Of a stretch of DNA of 64,000 bases, positions 14,901 to 29,900 are shown piece after piece. Below the pieces are notes generated by a model. That model was not told the origin of the DNA, did no database searches, and saw only the letters and a program-made list of their open reading frames with translations. Within the stretch, counting starts at the first letter, position 1. Each line of letters opens with the position of its first letter. The DNA comes from Amoebophrya sp. A120 (taxonomy: Eukaryota > Protista > Dinoflagellata): NCBI GenBank assembly GCA_905178155.1, contig CAJINV010000003.1:9369979-9433978 (forward strand), read 5' to 3'. A program made the position numbers and the translations under genes.

Positions 14901-17900
14901 CAAGTGCCCACCCGACCAGCCATAGAGTTGCTTATCCCCAACGCCATCAGTTGGCCGGCGGCTGACGCGGTGACAGAAAGTCTGGTGCAGGTTATCGGAA
15001 CCAAGTTCGAGCGATCGACTGCGGGCGGTCCTTGGTGCCGGTTTCGGACAGACGTGGAACGCAGTATCCTTCAGACGCCCTTCGCCCCCGGGCGGTCCCG
15101 CCTGCTAAAGCATGGGTCGCTTCTCGCGCCTTTTCTCATGGTTCGAAAAGCCGCCCGTATGGTGTCGGAAAATGAAATTCACTGCGCCTTGCCACCGGGC
15201 AAGTATGCGAGCTATCCGGAGGTTTACGTCGAAGTTTCGAACGACAACTTTTATTGGAGCAAACAGGCGCTCCCATTGCAGATCGTGGCGGAAGTAACGT
15301 TGGGCCAGGTTGCCAGCGCGGCCGTTCCTGGGCTGCAGAAGCCCGATTTCCTTGTGAAACTTCATCAAGCGGCAATTCCACTGGTGAGTGGCATCCGGTG
15401 CAAGTTCGATACGGGTGTGGAGACAGGTCTCGTGCGCGTTGCTTCGCAGTTGCGGGGCAACAGTTTCATCTGCCTTGAAGAAGACAACCTTTTCAGTTAC
15501 ACTGCCGCCGTGAGAGAGGAAATTCGTACTAGTAGTGGAGCGCTATCGGGAGTGCGGCAGTTGCGGGTGGGAGTAGAGACGTTTTCCGAAACGAAAGGTG
15601 CTTATGATTTGGTGTATGCCCCGCAGCCGCAGTTCTTCTCACGGCTGCTGCCGAGGTTGGCCACTGCTGACACCATTGTCTTGGTCCGCGGCCGCAATTT
15701 TCCGACCGGGCCACAGATCGCAATCTTTTGTTTGTGGGGCAGCCCACGAACCGCTACCACTTCGGGTGAAGCAATCTCGGCGACCCAATTCCGCTGCACC
15801 ATCCCCGCACGGCTGAACCAGATTTACTCCGCGGCGGATGGAGGAGTAACTCTTTTTTTGCGAGCCGTGTCCTTCGACGGTGGATTGAACTACCTTGCCA
15901 CATCGACCACCCAGGGGCTGCCGCTCCTGGTGTTTCCCCACGGTGTTGTCCCGGTTATTTTGAAGGTGTCGCCCGCGGTTGTGTTGGAGGGACACAACAC
16001 TGAGCTGAAGTTCACGGGAAACGATTTCTTGCAGTGGAAGCACCTGGCGGTATCTCGTCTGCGCTGCGAGTTCCGCAGCACTCCTGATGAGGTGCCTGTG
16101 GTATCTTACGTGACGGACATCACCGCCGCGGCGATTCATTGCCCGACTCCGATCGACGGCATCACTGTGGGCCGTGCGCGTGTTCGGGTGACTTTCACGG
16201 ACGGCGGCAACGAATTTGAGCTGCCAACACGCGTCCCTCTAATGATGCAAATTTTACCCTCCTATCAAGTTCGTGGCACCCTCCCGCCCTTTGCCACAAC
16301 CAGCCTTCAAACCATCTTGGACGTGCAGGGAGGGAACTTCCACGACCTGGGCGATCCCTTCATAGTATCACGAAACAGCAGCGGTCGCAGCGAGAGCCCG
16401 TACTTCTGCCGGTATGGCGATGGCGCGGAGCCGCTGAAGGCCTTGCGCGTTTCGACGGGGAGGCTGCTGTGCGTCTCGCCACGCCATAAAGGCGGCCTTA
16501 CAAACCTGGACGTGGTCCTTCCGTGGCAGCGGCAAAGCCGGCATGACGCGTCGGCGTTTGCTTTTCTGTTCTTAGATGTTCCCTTCATTCGCCGGGTGGA
16601 ACCGCTCGTGGTTCCGGCGGATGCAGCGTTGCAGACCGAAACCATGCTGCGAATATTCGGATCGGATTTTCGTGCAATGGAGACACGATTAATGCGTATG
16701 TCGGCCACGCCGCGCATTTTGCAGTGTCGGTTTTACAAGCTCGGGGATGAGTCACTTTCTGCTCCGCTCGATAGGACGTCGCAGAGTCTCGGCCCGTACG
16801 TGGAGGGGGCCTCTTCATCCGGCGCCGACAGCAATTTATTCGAGGAACACACCACATCCCCAGATCCCTTGCTCACACAGGCGATGGTGGTGGCGGACAC
16901 GGAGATAGAGTGCGCAATCCCGCGGCAAGCTCGGCGCGTGACCCCCATCTTTCTTGTTTTGGACAACACACTAGAAATCTTGCTTGCAGAGCAGTTTGAG
17001 TACGCAGCAGCGCCGGTGGTGCGCGACGTCTATCCCCGCGTTTTGGTGGAGGGTTCCAAGGAAAGAATCCTCGTGCAGGGATACAACTTTCATGTGTCTC
17101 CCCATGCTCCACTGCAGTGTCGGTTTCGTGCCTTCGGACAGTCCTCCGCTGCCCGAAGAGATCATCTGCAGCGGTGGGAGCGCGAGAAGGAGCTGCTGGT
17201 CCAGCTGCGCCGCAACGTGAGCGACTTCTGTGCGTTCGAGCGTAGCCAGGCCTGCCCCTTGCCTCTCTCCTCAGTTGCCACGAACAACGGAGGAAATGCG
17301 AGTGCGTCTTCGCGGCAGCTTGACGGCGAGGAGGAGGGCGGCAGTCGCAGTGCCGACGGCGCAGCACGCCTCTTGAACGTGGAGGAAGAAAACGACGCGA
17401 GATACCTACATCGAGCGTACTACTATTACCAGAAGCAGAGTGACGCGATGAATGTCAGTGCCGACGCTGGTCGAGATTCGGAAGCGCCCCTGCGCGAGAG
17501 TCAACATGCTTTCACGCACGTGCTGGGTCTAGATCTGCCGTTTTCCACCAAGACGCCTCGCGTTGCGGAGCGAACGGCATCCATCGACATTCCAGCTCCC
17601 GAGCGTGGGCATTGCCAGGACGCAGCGTTGTTCTCTCGCTGGTGTCAGGACACCGGCGCTGCATTGCAGAGCCGGCTAGATCAGAGTGCAGAAATTTTGT
17701 TTCTTGCCCACTCGCTCAGTCGGCACGAAGACGAGTATGCGACATTGTTCGAGACTGAAATCCTTGCGGAAACGATAGCACGTCGCCGCTCCGACGAAAT
17801 GGTGGATTGCGCCCTTCCGTTGGACGACGATTATCGCTTTGACGAAGTCAGTGCGGCAGGCGAAGACGAAAGCTCAGCGGCCTACTTGCAGGCAAGCAAC

Positions 17901-20900
17901 GGCAGCGCAGGGGCAGGCAATGGGTCTACGGAGATCAACTCATTCGCCGACTCCGCGGAAACTGGGTACGAGAGACACTCGGCTTCGCGTCGGTACTTGC
18001 TTGCGCTTCAAACGCGGCTGCTTGCTTTGGCTGCACGAAGTTGCGCTACTGAGGGCATGACCGGGAGTAGCGGAAATGAAACGAATACCACACGGCAACT
18101 AGCAGCACTGCTTGAAGAAGTCGCTGCAGAGAGTGACAGCGACTTTCCTGCCGACTTGCTGTCTGGCGAGGGGAGCAGGTCCTCCACGCAACAACTTCGT
18201 GCGTTGGCGCATTTCGAGGGGGCAAACTTCGCAACCAAATTTTACTCCCAGGCTTTGCCGATCTTTCCATCGACGAGTCAGCAGCTCCAAGCGCGTGCCT
18301 GCACGGAACCGGACGAAGAACTGCTTCGAGCTATCCGCATTGAACTGAAGCGTATCGGCGAGCTGCTGCAACGCGTCGATGCCCAAGTACGCGGTCGAGC
18401 TTCAGTCCTGCTGAACGCAGTTTTTACGGAGCTGTATGTGGAGGTGGGGTTCTCCGCACCCGCCTCCAATCGAGGACGGGTTTCCGCCTTCAGCGCGCCG
18501 CAAGTAGGATTGCCGGTTGGCAACGCGGTTTCGTCCAGGTTTGAGCGGTCCACCGCGTACTCGTACTACTCAGTACTGCATCCCCGGGCACGTTTGCGCA
18601 TTTTTCCCTCACCGAAAATGGACAAGGGGGGGCTCTCGATCGTGAATACGATGCACAGCGAGGTATCTTTTCTTGGCAGTGCGCTGCGGTGGGAACTAGA
18701 CCCCAAGTGTTTGGTTCAGGGAGAGATTCGGGGATCGCAGTCAACGCTGCAAGACGCCGTCATGCTGTCGCCTACCGAGCTGCGCTGCCGAATTTCGCCG
18801 ACTGAGTATTTGCTGACCAAAACGCGGGTCGATGTCGTTTGGGGCCGGGCGTCGCGGAGCGTGGCCAACCAGGAGGGGTTTGCGCAGCCCCGCGGAACCG
18901 CGACGTCCACTTTGTCGAGTGACTACGTCGCTGTGTCCTCGTCGGCGCAACTAGATCTCCCGGCTTTTGCCAACGTGGACGTTCGACCATATGCGAACTT
19001 TGAGACGGTCGCGCCCCAGTTCGTCACCAATCGTGGGGGGGACGTTGTGACCGTTTACGGAAATTGGACGGCCATCGAGGATGCGTACTGCTGGTTTCAG
19101 GGAGTTGAGGCTTCGAGCCGCACCTACTACGTGGCGGACAACGCTCGCGCCTGCCTTGCGCCTGCTAAGCGAGTGAACGGGGACACACTGGTGTACTTGA
19201 CGGGGTTCTTCCGGCAGACCGCCCCGGAAGCGCACCGCAGCGATTTCTCTACCTACGAGCTCGCCTACTCGGAGAAAGACCGAGCGCAGCTGAAGGAGGA
19301 AGCCCGGCGAGCAGACCCCCTAGCTTATGCGCGGGGCGCCGTGCGCAACAAAATCCCCCTTATTTTTCCGATCGGGAATGAGGGTCTGCGAGTCACGTAC
19401 ATCCAGGCTCTTGTGCTGTACGAGGTGATTCCGTCGATCGTCATGGATCCGGGCCCGCAGCTGTTGCACGTAAAGGGCATGGGTTTCCGGAACGCTGACG
19501 ACCTGATGTGCGTGTTCGCGGTCCGTAAAGTGCGTCCGCAGGTAAACTTTGCGGTGCGCGGAACCGCACCGAACAGTGACCCCTGCTGCTCCCGGTGCGT
19601 TCATGTGGGTCCGAACGAGACGACAGCGGAGTGTAGCTCTATGGCGTATCCAGGTACAGCAAAATTTAGTTTCACGGACACCAGTACGGCAAAAGCACAG
19701 CTGCAGAGGGATACCGGTTTGCAAACAGGCGACCCGTGTACCAGCGACCGCCCTGCCTATACAGAAATTGACTTCAATCGGACAAGCTGTGCCTGCGGAG
19801 AAGACGACTCCAACGAGGTTGCTTACGACCATGATGCGCGCGACGCGGTTTATGGCGCCAAGGCGACCTACCAGACCGTGGCACGGTTTTACAACGTGAG
19901 TTACATCACGTGTCCCAGCCCCGAACTGTCCCTACCCCCCACAAACGAGCCCTCGGAAACTCGGGTGGAGTTGTTTGTCATGACGGGAGACTCGCTCGCA
20001 CAGGGCAGTCAGCCTGCGAACACATTAGGGCTCCGCGTGCTCACACCTCCTTCGGTCGCTTACCTGGTCAGCTTCCGTTCGCTTCCGATTATGGCGAAGA
20101 AAGTTCCGCCGAACTTTCGTCTGGCGGAGGCTTTGTCGAAGACCGCGGTACTGTTTCAAGGGCAGAAGTTTTTGGACTGGCCAAATGTGTTGTGTGAGTT
20201 TTCGCATCGGGTGACGCCGGATCTTTTCCCAGTGGAGGTGGTGCCTACCTATGTGATGTCAGACACAGAGCTCACCTGCATCGTGCCAGAGGCTTTTCAC
20301 GGATTGGACGACCGTCAGTTGCAAGTGCGGCTAGCGCAGCCGCAGACTTTCAGTACTGTGTGGTACGCGGAGTTTCTTGTGAACCGTGTCAATCTGACAC
20401 TCACAGGGGACGTGGTCAGCGGTTCGGACGATCAGGCTACGACGCCTGCTGTAATCTCTGGGGAGCTTTCTGCTGGCAACTCGACCTTTGGGCCAAGCGG
20501 GCTGTCGTGGTGCGGCAGTAACCGCACCAAGTCGCTGCTGCAGCGGCTGCAGAACTTGGAGAGGTGCAACAACGGGACTGACGACGGGGGGGACGGTGTC
20601 ACGGCGCGTATGGTCCTCCTCCGGCAGCTGTTTGTGTCATCCAACAGCAGCACTGTCGTGTTGAACGATTCAAACACCAGCGCGAACGCATCGACCACGG
20701 CTGGCTTCGATGGCGAAGACGACGCGAATGATACTAATGCCTCCAACCACTCCGCAATTCTCGCAGGAAATGGCGTTGCGTCCGCCGTCGCGCAGGGGTT
20801 GGGCGTGGGCTTTACAAATCAGAGCCTGGTACTGGTCGGGCCGTTAAATCGAAGCATTTGCGAAATTCAATACGTAGATCCTATACTGCCCTTCGTTGCG

Positions 20901-23900
20901 CCCCTTCCGACTTCCGTTCGAGCCACGACGGGGGAGCGGTCCGTTTTCCTGTCCGATCCAGTGATCGAGCGCGTTCATCCACGATATGGGTTCGACGCAG
21001 GCGGCAACATTATTTCCGTGTTTGGGCAAAACCTGCCCGCGCTGTTGCAGGACCCGCAGGGCAGAACGGCCGTGCGGTGCGATTTTGGCAAGGCGGGCGT
21101 GACCTTCGCCGTTTTTAGTAGTGCCAGTGTGGTGCGGTGCCCAAACCCTGCGTACTTCGAGTCCGATACCGTCAGTCTTTCGCTGCTGGTCGGAAATCCG
21201 GCCTATTTGCGAATTTCCTCGCCGAGTGCGCTTTTTACCTACATCCCGCGGTTTGGAGTAGCTCACATCACACCGGAAATTGGCTCCCTCGAAGGCGGGA
21301 CGAAGGTCCGCATTTTGGTAGCCACGCGCCCAATGCCTCTGGCAGTGGCCGACCTGCAGTGTGTGTTCGGTAATCAGCGCGTCCCCGCACAGGTAGTTGC
21401 AGTGGAGGAGGACGTTTTTGCGAGACCAGAAAGGACCGATGCATCTGGCGGGTCCGTCGAGGGTCAGGAGCTACATCAGAACGCCACGAACGGTACTGTC
21501 GGTAAAGCTGCAACCAGCGGGGATGCGGAAGGGGACGGAAGCAGTAACAGCAGTGCTACTGCTCTCCACGTTCCCCGGGCCAAGGGTTATCATGTCGAAT
21601 GCGAGACGCCGTCCGCCGCGAACCTTCCGCGCGTCACCGACTCCGAGACCCCCTGTGCCTGCAGTAAGTACTGGACGCAGGCGTTGCCAAGTGGTGACTT
21701 TTTCTACTGCAACGACTACTGCTGCACCGTTCCGCAGCTGGTCGTCAACAGCACCGATGCGTCAGACCTGCGCGGCTCGCAGCCGTGGTGCCAGACGACC
21801 AATCCGCTGTGCGATAGTGGCCCAAGTCACGGGGGCGTCGGGTGGGGCTATTGCAAAGAGCCGACCGCACAGAGTTCGTTCCCGGTGTGTGTCCGCATCT
21901 TGGAGACCGCCGCCTCTTTCGTGCAGGTGGACGAAATTCAAGATCCATGCTGGTTTCAATTCAACTACTTCCAACGCCCCTACCTGGACTTCGTCTCGCC
22001 GCCGTCTGGCCCGAACAAAGGAGGGTCGCTGCTGACGCTCCACGTGCGAAACGTTCCGCGGCTGTTTGACGGTAACGCACTGCGCTGCCGGTTCGAGAGC
22101 TACGTCACAGAGGCACGGTGGGTAAGCGACAGCCAAGTGCAGTGTGTGACCCCGAGTGTGTACTACACTATGGATCCCGTCAGTGTGGACGTGTATCTGA
22201 GCGTGAACGGCGGCGAAGACTACTTCACTGGGGACCCGACGCCGACGCGCTATACGTTTGTTCCGACTGCAGACGCACTCTCCATGGCGCCGGACTTTGG
22301 CCCGCAAATGGGTGGCACCGCCATGCGGCTGACCTTACCGACCTACTACGACGGCTACACGCCCAGCGCTTGCTGCTTTGGCGTGAATATCCTCGTCACG
22401 GCAGTGCCAGCGGACACGACGGGGCGTGTTTTCGTCTGCAGCACACCCCCTTGGTACTCGAGCCCGGCCGTTGTTCCCGTCGGACTGCTGCAAGCCGACG
22501 GTAGCTGCGATCTCGATCCGCAGACGGCCTTTACCTACGTACCTCCCTGGGTTGTTTCTGGAATCGATCCTCCAACGGGCTCTGCCGGGGGCGACACGCT
22601 GATATTGATTTCCGGGGCGGGGTTCCGCTCCAGCGACAACGTGCTGTGCCGTTTCGGAAGGAACCAGGGCCGGGGGCAGTTCTCCGCGCGGGCGGAAGTG
22701 ATTTCGGAAACCGAAATTGTGTGCCTCACCCCCGCATTTTCGAGTGACATGCTGGCAACGGGCAGCGCTAGTGCGTTGGACAAACTTGAGGTAGTGGTGT
22801 ACGTGGCCATCAACGGGGTGGATTTCCTCGCGGGCAAGAACCCCGGCGTGACCTTTGAGTATCTGATGGAGTTCACCGTGGAGTCTGTGATCCCTCCTCT
22901 AACCATTGACTCCGGTGGGGAACAGCTAGTAGTTCGAGGCGTGAACTTGGGGAGCTACGTGCAGTACTGCGTGTTTGGAGGCGACCCCTTGGCCGAGCGG
23001 GTCCGGGAAGAGGACCGCGTAATTGTAGTGCCCATAAAGGCATTCCTGTCGCACCGAGAGGTACTGTGTGAGGCTCCGCAGTGGTACATGCAGGAGGGGG
23101 TAGTACAGGAGCGGGTGTGGGTGCGGCTGTCGCGCCTTGGTCGCGCTACCGACGCGTTTAACTCCGATGCATTTGTCACGTACACGCGCGTCCCCCGGGT
23201 CGACGCCATTTTCCCGCCCGAAGGCATCTTTCAGGGAACGACCCTGGTGACCGTGTCGGGTCGGTACTTCAAGTACTACATGCCGTTCGATCCCTTCGAC
23301 AAATCCAAGTCCACCTCCGTCTTGGAGGGTCCGGGAAACGACCCGGCGGTGGTGTCCAACGTTACCTGGAGCGTCGTGTGTGAATTCAACCAGATTCAGC
23401 GCGTCCCCGCAGTGGTGCACGGATTTGACACGATCACGTGCCTCACCCCGCCGACTTTGAAGCCGGAGGAAAAGCCCGGGCACCACGTCACGTTCGATCT
23501 GATCATTGAGTCTTTCGGAAAGAAGCACAATTTTACCACACGCGATTGGCCCAACCTGCACCAGAACTTGTTTTACTACCGGGCTCCCGAATTCCGGATC
23601 GTGGACGCTTTCCCCCTGTCAGGTCCGGAGTTCGGTGGAACGACCGTCAGTCTGACTGCCGACGCTCCGCTGCTAAACTCTCGATTCCTGGAATGTCGGT
23701 TCGGCCCGACGAAAGTTGCGATCAAGTTGGTGGACGCGTTCCACGCGACCTGCGAGAGTCCCGCGGTGGGCGGGTTCACCGGGGTGGAGCCGCCCGTTAC
23801 TGTGGACGTTGAGGTCCTCTTCGCGAACGCGACCCTGAACGGGACCAAAGTCCGGTTCCACTACTACCTCACTCCGTCTGTGTCGCGGGTGGTGCCGCCG

Positions 23901-26900
23901 TTCGGGACTACCGAGGGGGGAACCATCGTGCAGCTTGAAGGCTCGCACTTCATCGAGGATCCGAATCTCACCTGCAAGTTCGGCGACGTGCCCGTCCCCG
24001 CAACGCGGTTCATCAACCAGAACCTGATACTGTGCAAGACGCCTCCCCACCAGGCTGGCATCGTCACCGTTCGCGTCGGGAACAACGGTCAGAATTTCGT
24101 AGCCAGTAGCGACGCGCGGTACGAGTTTTTCAAGACAAAACAGACCTTCTACCTGGTGCCCTACCTGGGTCCGATTCTGGGAAACACGCGCGTGGTCGTG
24201 GAAGCCGAAAAAATTCCGACGGGGGCCGACAACATGATTCGGTGCATTTTTGGCGTCACGCGGACGGTCGGGGTGAAAATCGACGACTCGCATTTTATGT
24301 GCGTCACCCCGCGGCAGCAGGAAGCGGGAGAGCTGACGGTGAAGATCACCTTCAACCTGCAGGAGTTCGCGGAGGCGAGCCAGGCATTTTTGTACTACAA
24401 CGAGCCTGTTGTGCAGAGAATCACCCCGCCGCTGGGTCCCAGTGGCCAGGTGACTTTCCTGAAGATCGAAGGCACGAACTTCATCAACACGGACTACTTG
24501 CGCGTGCGCTTTGGCGGCACTACCCGGAAGCAAGTCACGACCGCCGCCGTGGCCGCGGCGGATTTCCAGGAGAACGCGTACGCGAGCCTCGAGGCGGTCG
24601 ATGCGAGCAATGCCGAGTTTCCCGTTCGGAAGGCGTTCTGGGTGTCTAGTACGGAGATACATGTCGAGACGCCGGTGTTGACGTACCTGGACGGTCGAGA
24701 AGACTACACTCGGCTTCCAATCTACGTGAGCAATAACGCGCAGAGCTACTCCCCAGACGGCGTCGAGGCGTGGGACAAGGAGAGTACGCGTTACGACAGC
24801 GTGCTGAAGCACTTCGTGTTTCACCCGGATTTGGTTCTCACCCAGGTGCGCCCCTCGGAGGGAATGCACTACGGCGGCGCCCCGGAGGGCGGCTACGTGT
24901 CCGTGGCCGGAAACCACTTCATGAATACCAGCTACATCTTTCCCGACCACGATGTCGGGTTGCTCAAATGCGCATTCGAATGGGTAGAAAGCCGGGCGAT
25001 ATTCGTCTCTACCACACAAATTCTTTGTGAAGTGCCGAACATGCTTGCCGCTCGGTCGTACGCGAGCGTTGGTTTCGCTGCGTTGCGGGTCACGCTAAAC
25101 GGGCTGGATTGGTCGCGTTCAGTTCTGCAATTTCGCTTCCTGGGAATCTGTCCTGCCGGGAGCTATTGCCGCCACAAGGACTACCTGGACTATGGCTACC
25201 GCGTCGTGAAGTGCCCCGTGGGTCACAATTGCGAACACGCAGGGAATTCCGAGCCGATGCCTTGCAAGCCCGGGTCGTATCAGTCTTGGGAAGGACAGCA
25301 CCAGTGCCGCGAATGCCCAAGAGGGTTTTACTGTCCCAATGGGAGGCAAATTGAGCCGCTGCGTTGCCCGAACGGTTGGATGTGCGACGAGATTGGGCTA
25401 CAGATGCCGTATCGGCTTTGCCCGGGCGGCCACGTCTGCCTTGGCGGTGTGGCCACGGCGGATCATCACCTCATGCTTCGGTACCCTGCCACAGAGACGT
25501 TCTACAACAACGAGACCGGCGAGATCATTGTTCGGACGAGCACGGAGAAAGACATACCGAACGTCATGTACGATCCGCAGGTGATTCCGCAGAAGCCGAC
25601 CTTGTGCGGGGCTGGGTTGCACTGCTACCCTGGTACGGCATCTCTGCAGCCCGCAGTCCCGGGACGTGGTAACTACTCGACGCCGCAGCCCTGCTTTCAG
25701 GGATTTTTTTGCCCACCGGGCTCGAAGACTCCGACTGGAGACGCTGGGGCATGCCCGTTGGGGAAGTATTGCCCCACGCCGCGGCACTCCGGGCTCCTGT
25801 GTCCAGATCGGTACATGTGCGGCCGGCTCCCGGGCGCCTACGAGCCGGAGCCCTGTCCGAAGGGGACTTTCAACCCCTACGTCGGACAGACGAACTGCAC
25901 TCTTTGTACCGAAGGTGGCATCTGCCCAGCTACACGGATGCGCGAGCCGGATCCGTGTCCGTGCGGCAAGCTGTGCGACGAGCGCGGCCTGTCCATCCCG
26001 AGGAAGCTTTGCCCGGCCGGGGTGATGTGCGACGAGGGCACGGCGACGCCAGTGGAACCGGGTTTGTGCGAGGCGGTGCTATACGACAACATTCTGTACG
26101 ACGTCGGCACCGAATCTGGGCGCGCGGCTATTTGCTACTTGGATATCGGCCAGTATTACGTTGCCTACACCGAGGTTGCCGTCCGCTCCCCCCGGATGGT
26201 GGAAGCTTTCGAAACCATGTGGGACAACGCGGCTTTTTACTCCGAAGCTGACTTCATTCGCCACTCAGGTTGGCGGGTGGAGCCGCCGAGTTTCAGTAGC
26301 TGGACCAACGAGCTGGAACTACGGGACGGGGGGAAGGCCACCTGTTGTTGGTCTGGTGCGAAGGTGCGCGGATACTTGGTGGACACCCTGATGCCGCAGT
26401 TTGCCGCGGACCGGCTGGCAACCAACACCTTTTCGCGGTTCATCGAGTGGGTGGACTACTTCAACGCCTGGCACGCGCGGCCCGAGATGGAGGGCCAGCC
26501 AAATTACCTACGCGAGTTTGACGGCCTGGAGTTGCTGGAGCGCACCGAGACGTGGTGGCGCACAACGGGGGACTTTGTGCTGGAGCCGCTGCGCAAGCAG
26601 CTGATGTACAAGATCCAGGAGCTATGGATTTTTATGCGGCCACTGCCGTGCAATCCCGGAGCCTACTGTGCGGAGGGCACGTGTCCGCGGTTCGACACTG
26701 GCGGATTGGTGGTGGTGAACTACACCACAGCCTCGAAGAGTATCACAACCACGGTTGCCCCGACGCTGCGAGAGCTGCTTGGAAAGCGGCCCCTGGGTGG
26801 TCGTCCACCTTCCCGGCCTTTGTACAACTGGACAACTACCCAACCGCCCCCAATCGCAGGCGTCAACAAGAACTACAACCCATATGTGCCTGCCGCACCA

Positions 26901-29900
26901 ATCGACCCAGAGACTTTCATGCATCCTGGATCCATGTACTTCGCGCGAAACGGGTCCGACTCCGGGCGCTTGCTGAAGCAGCAGGAGCTTGTGCAGAGGA
27001 TGTTGCAAACCATGTCGCTACTAACCGCGTCGCAGGAAGTAAAGGACCTCGTCCAGGCGTGGCAAGACGCGGGGGCACAGGGATGCATTTCGAGCTTCCC
27101 GGACGGTCGTCCGCTTCCCTTCTCGATTCCTCAAATTTCGTGCCCCAACCCGCTGCATGCCAACGCACCGCAGCAGTGCCCGGCTGGTCGATTTTGTGGC
27201 GCGCGTGCGGCGTCCGCCGCAGGCACAGCAGAGTGTCCCCCGGGGACATTTTGCGATCCGGGGAGCAAGGAGCCGCGGCCAGCCCCCGAGGGTCAGTTCG
27301 TGACTGAGCCGGGACGCGTTCGTGGAGCCACCTGCTTTCCTGGGCAGTTTGCACCTTCCAAGAGTTCGCCGAAGTGCGAGCCCTGTCCACCCGGGTACTC
27401 GTGCCCCGAGTTTGGCACCGCAACGCCCTTCATCTGCTACAATGGCCAGTACCGTGAGCCTCTGATCTCGACCATGGTGGCGGGGTCTATCTCGTGCAAT
27501 CCCTGCGGAGTGGGGATGTGGTCCCTCTGGCGCGGCACGCCGGACCTGACCAGTTGCGATCCGTGTCCCGCCGGCCGAGTCTGTCCGCCAAACACGGGAA
27601 ACATTTCGGAGTCCACCGCCTGCCCCGAGGGACGGATCTGTGGGGACGCCATGACGCCCGCCTTGTCCACGGAAGGAAATCGCTGCTTCAACGGGTTCTT
27701 CTGCCGCATTGGCACAACCCCCGCGGAAGCCTTCGAACAGCCGTCGGTTCGGGGATTTTACTGCGGGGAGGGGACGAGTTTTCGCAACCGCTTCAAGTTC
27801 CGCTGCCCGGTAGGCTTCTTCTGCCCCACGGCAACGGGGTACAAGCGGGATTTGTCGCGCCCGATGATGTCGGGGTCCGTGCACATCGGGCGCCAAGACT
27901 TTTACCAGGCGCAGAAATTGGCCCAGTTTTGCGGGCGGAGGGCATTCATCACACAGGCGATGAAGGTGCAGAACAACATCCGGCGGAATGCCAAGTTTGG
28001 CATCACCCTGGAGCAGTCGGAGATTGATCGCGAGATCTCAAAGTGGTACGAAACTTTTACCAGTCTCTGTACCGTGCGGGCCCTGTTTCACGTAATGGGA
28101 GAGGCACTGCTTACGGTAGCAAACTGCAACCCTGACGAGGGCACACGGGTTTGCCGGATCCACAGTCTGGAAGGCCCTAACGGAGGCGACTTCAATGTGG
28201 ACGAAGTGCTGAATTGTGAGGAGACCGCGACCTCCACGAATGCTCTCGACTGCATGAATTCCATCCGTTTTCACGCGGGCCAGTTGTTCACCCTCCCGAG
28301 TAGCAAAGTGAAAAAAACCCCACCCCATATAGAAAAGACAACTTGAAGATGTGTTGCTGCATTTGTGTATACAAAGGAGCTTTGTATTGCAGCAAAAGCT
28401 TGTCGGCATATTCTAAGTCCATTTGGGTACGCATCCGGCTAGCCGCTGAGCATGAGGAGCAAGTCTGACGTAGGTGAAAACGCATGACAGGCTCGCTATA
28501 CAATGCGCCACATGATGGGTGCTGTTTGCCTTGTACGCAAGAAAAAGCTGATCATTGGTGGCCACAGATCAGCGTCATATGGGGAGGGGGTTTTTTCCTT
28601 ACGATACCGAATAAGATGCTTTCATCGTTTTCGAACAAGTGCATCGCGTTACTGCAGTGAAAAATGCCCCCATACCGAAAGTTGCAATAATTTGTGATGC
28701 GGAGTTTACAAATGAAAACATACGAATCTTTCTGATGCAGAGTTTCGTCGTATACAGCATCGCTTGCATGACAAGTGCCGCGCCTGCTGGGATCTTTTGC
28801 ACTACGCACAGACTCATGCTATTCACGATTGAAAATCTCTGATGCTGATACATGCAAGACGGCGAGTTTTTCTACAGGAAAGGTTTACACTGCAAATGCT
28901 CCCCGGTTCTGTGGTGGGGGCATTTTTCATTGCAATACGCGTACCACCAGCAGCTGGGTCCCTGCTTGCCCGGCACCGAGGTGGTTCGAGCCCAAACGGT
29001 GATGAGCGATTCGGTGTACGCCGAGAAAGAATGCCACCGCGAATACCACCCGTCGTGCGACCCAGGACAGAGCGCCCACGCCAACGCAGAGTCCGGCTGT
29101 CCCCGCGAAGAGTACTGCGACGGCGTGGACCCCGCCCAACAGGCAAACTGCCGGGATGACTACACGTTTTTGAAGGTGCAGCGCCCCGCCAATGACACGC
29201 CAGGAACCTCATCGCCTCTGGTGTCCGACGGGAAAGCGATTCGTAACCGGTTTATGGAGCCGGTGGAAGGCGAGGTGACGATGATCCGCTACCAGAGCCA
29301 ATTCCAGTGTTTGTGTGAGTTCGCCGAGGCGAATTACACGCGCTGCTTTCGCAACGGTTACCCAATGCCCAGTTGCCTGGACGGCGGCGACCCGAGTTGC
29401 ATCGACTGGATTCTGTCGGAGAAGAACCAAGTGAAGCTAGCACGGCAACAGTCCTCCGCTGCGATCGCGGACCCCGTCACGGACGATTTCGATCTCCTTC
29501 CGAAAGCGCACCTCGCCTACGTGCACGAAGCAATCAAGCGCGAGACGCAAATGCAGTACGATGCCGGGGAGGCTTCCCTAGCTCGGTGTCCGTACGGGAC
29601 CATGACGCAAACCGACGGCAGTTTCCAGATGGAGCTCTGTGTGGCGCGCAAGGTTGTGTCCTTCCTCCGGGACATTGACACGGAAGACATTGTCGTCGTG
29701 AAGCTGGACCCTATCGACATTGATCTCAGCTCAGGGCCTCTGATTGAAGAAGCGGACTTGGAGCCGCGGCTGTGGACGAGAAAAAGTAGTCCCCAGCTGC
29801 CCGGAACCGGAGCGGTGCAACCGGGGATCCCAACAGATCCGGACTTTGCGTACTTCCATGTGTTTCGCCTGGAGCCCCGGGACCTCGCGCTGATGACGTT

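Noticed and set aside
7089-27896. Long minus-strand ORFs (e.g. 7089-8156, 23673-25019)
   Set aside because: Antisense shadows of a GC3-rich coding strand with no recognisable motifs.
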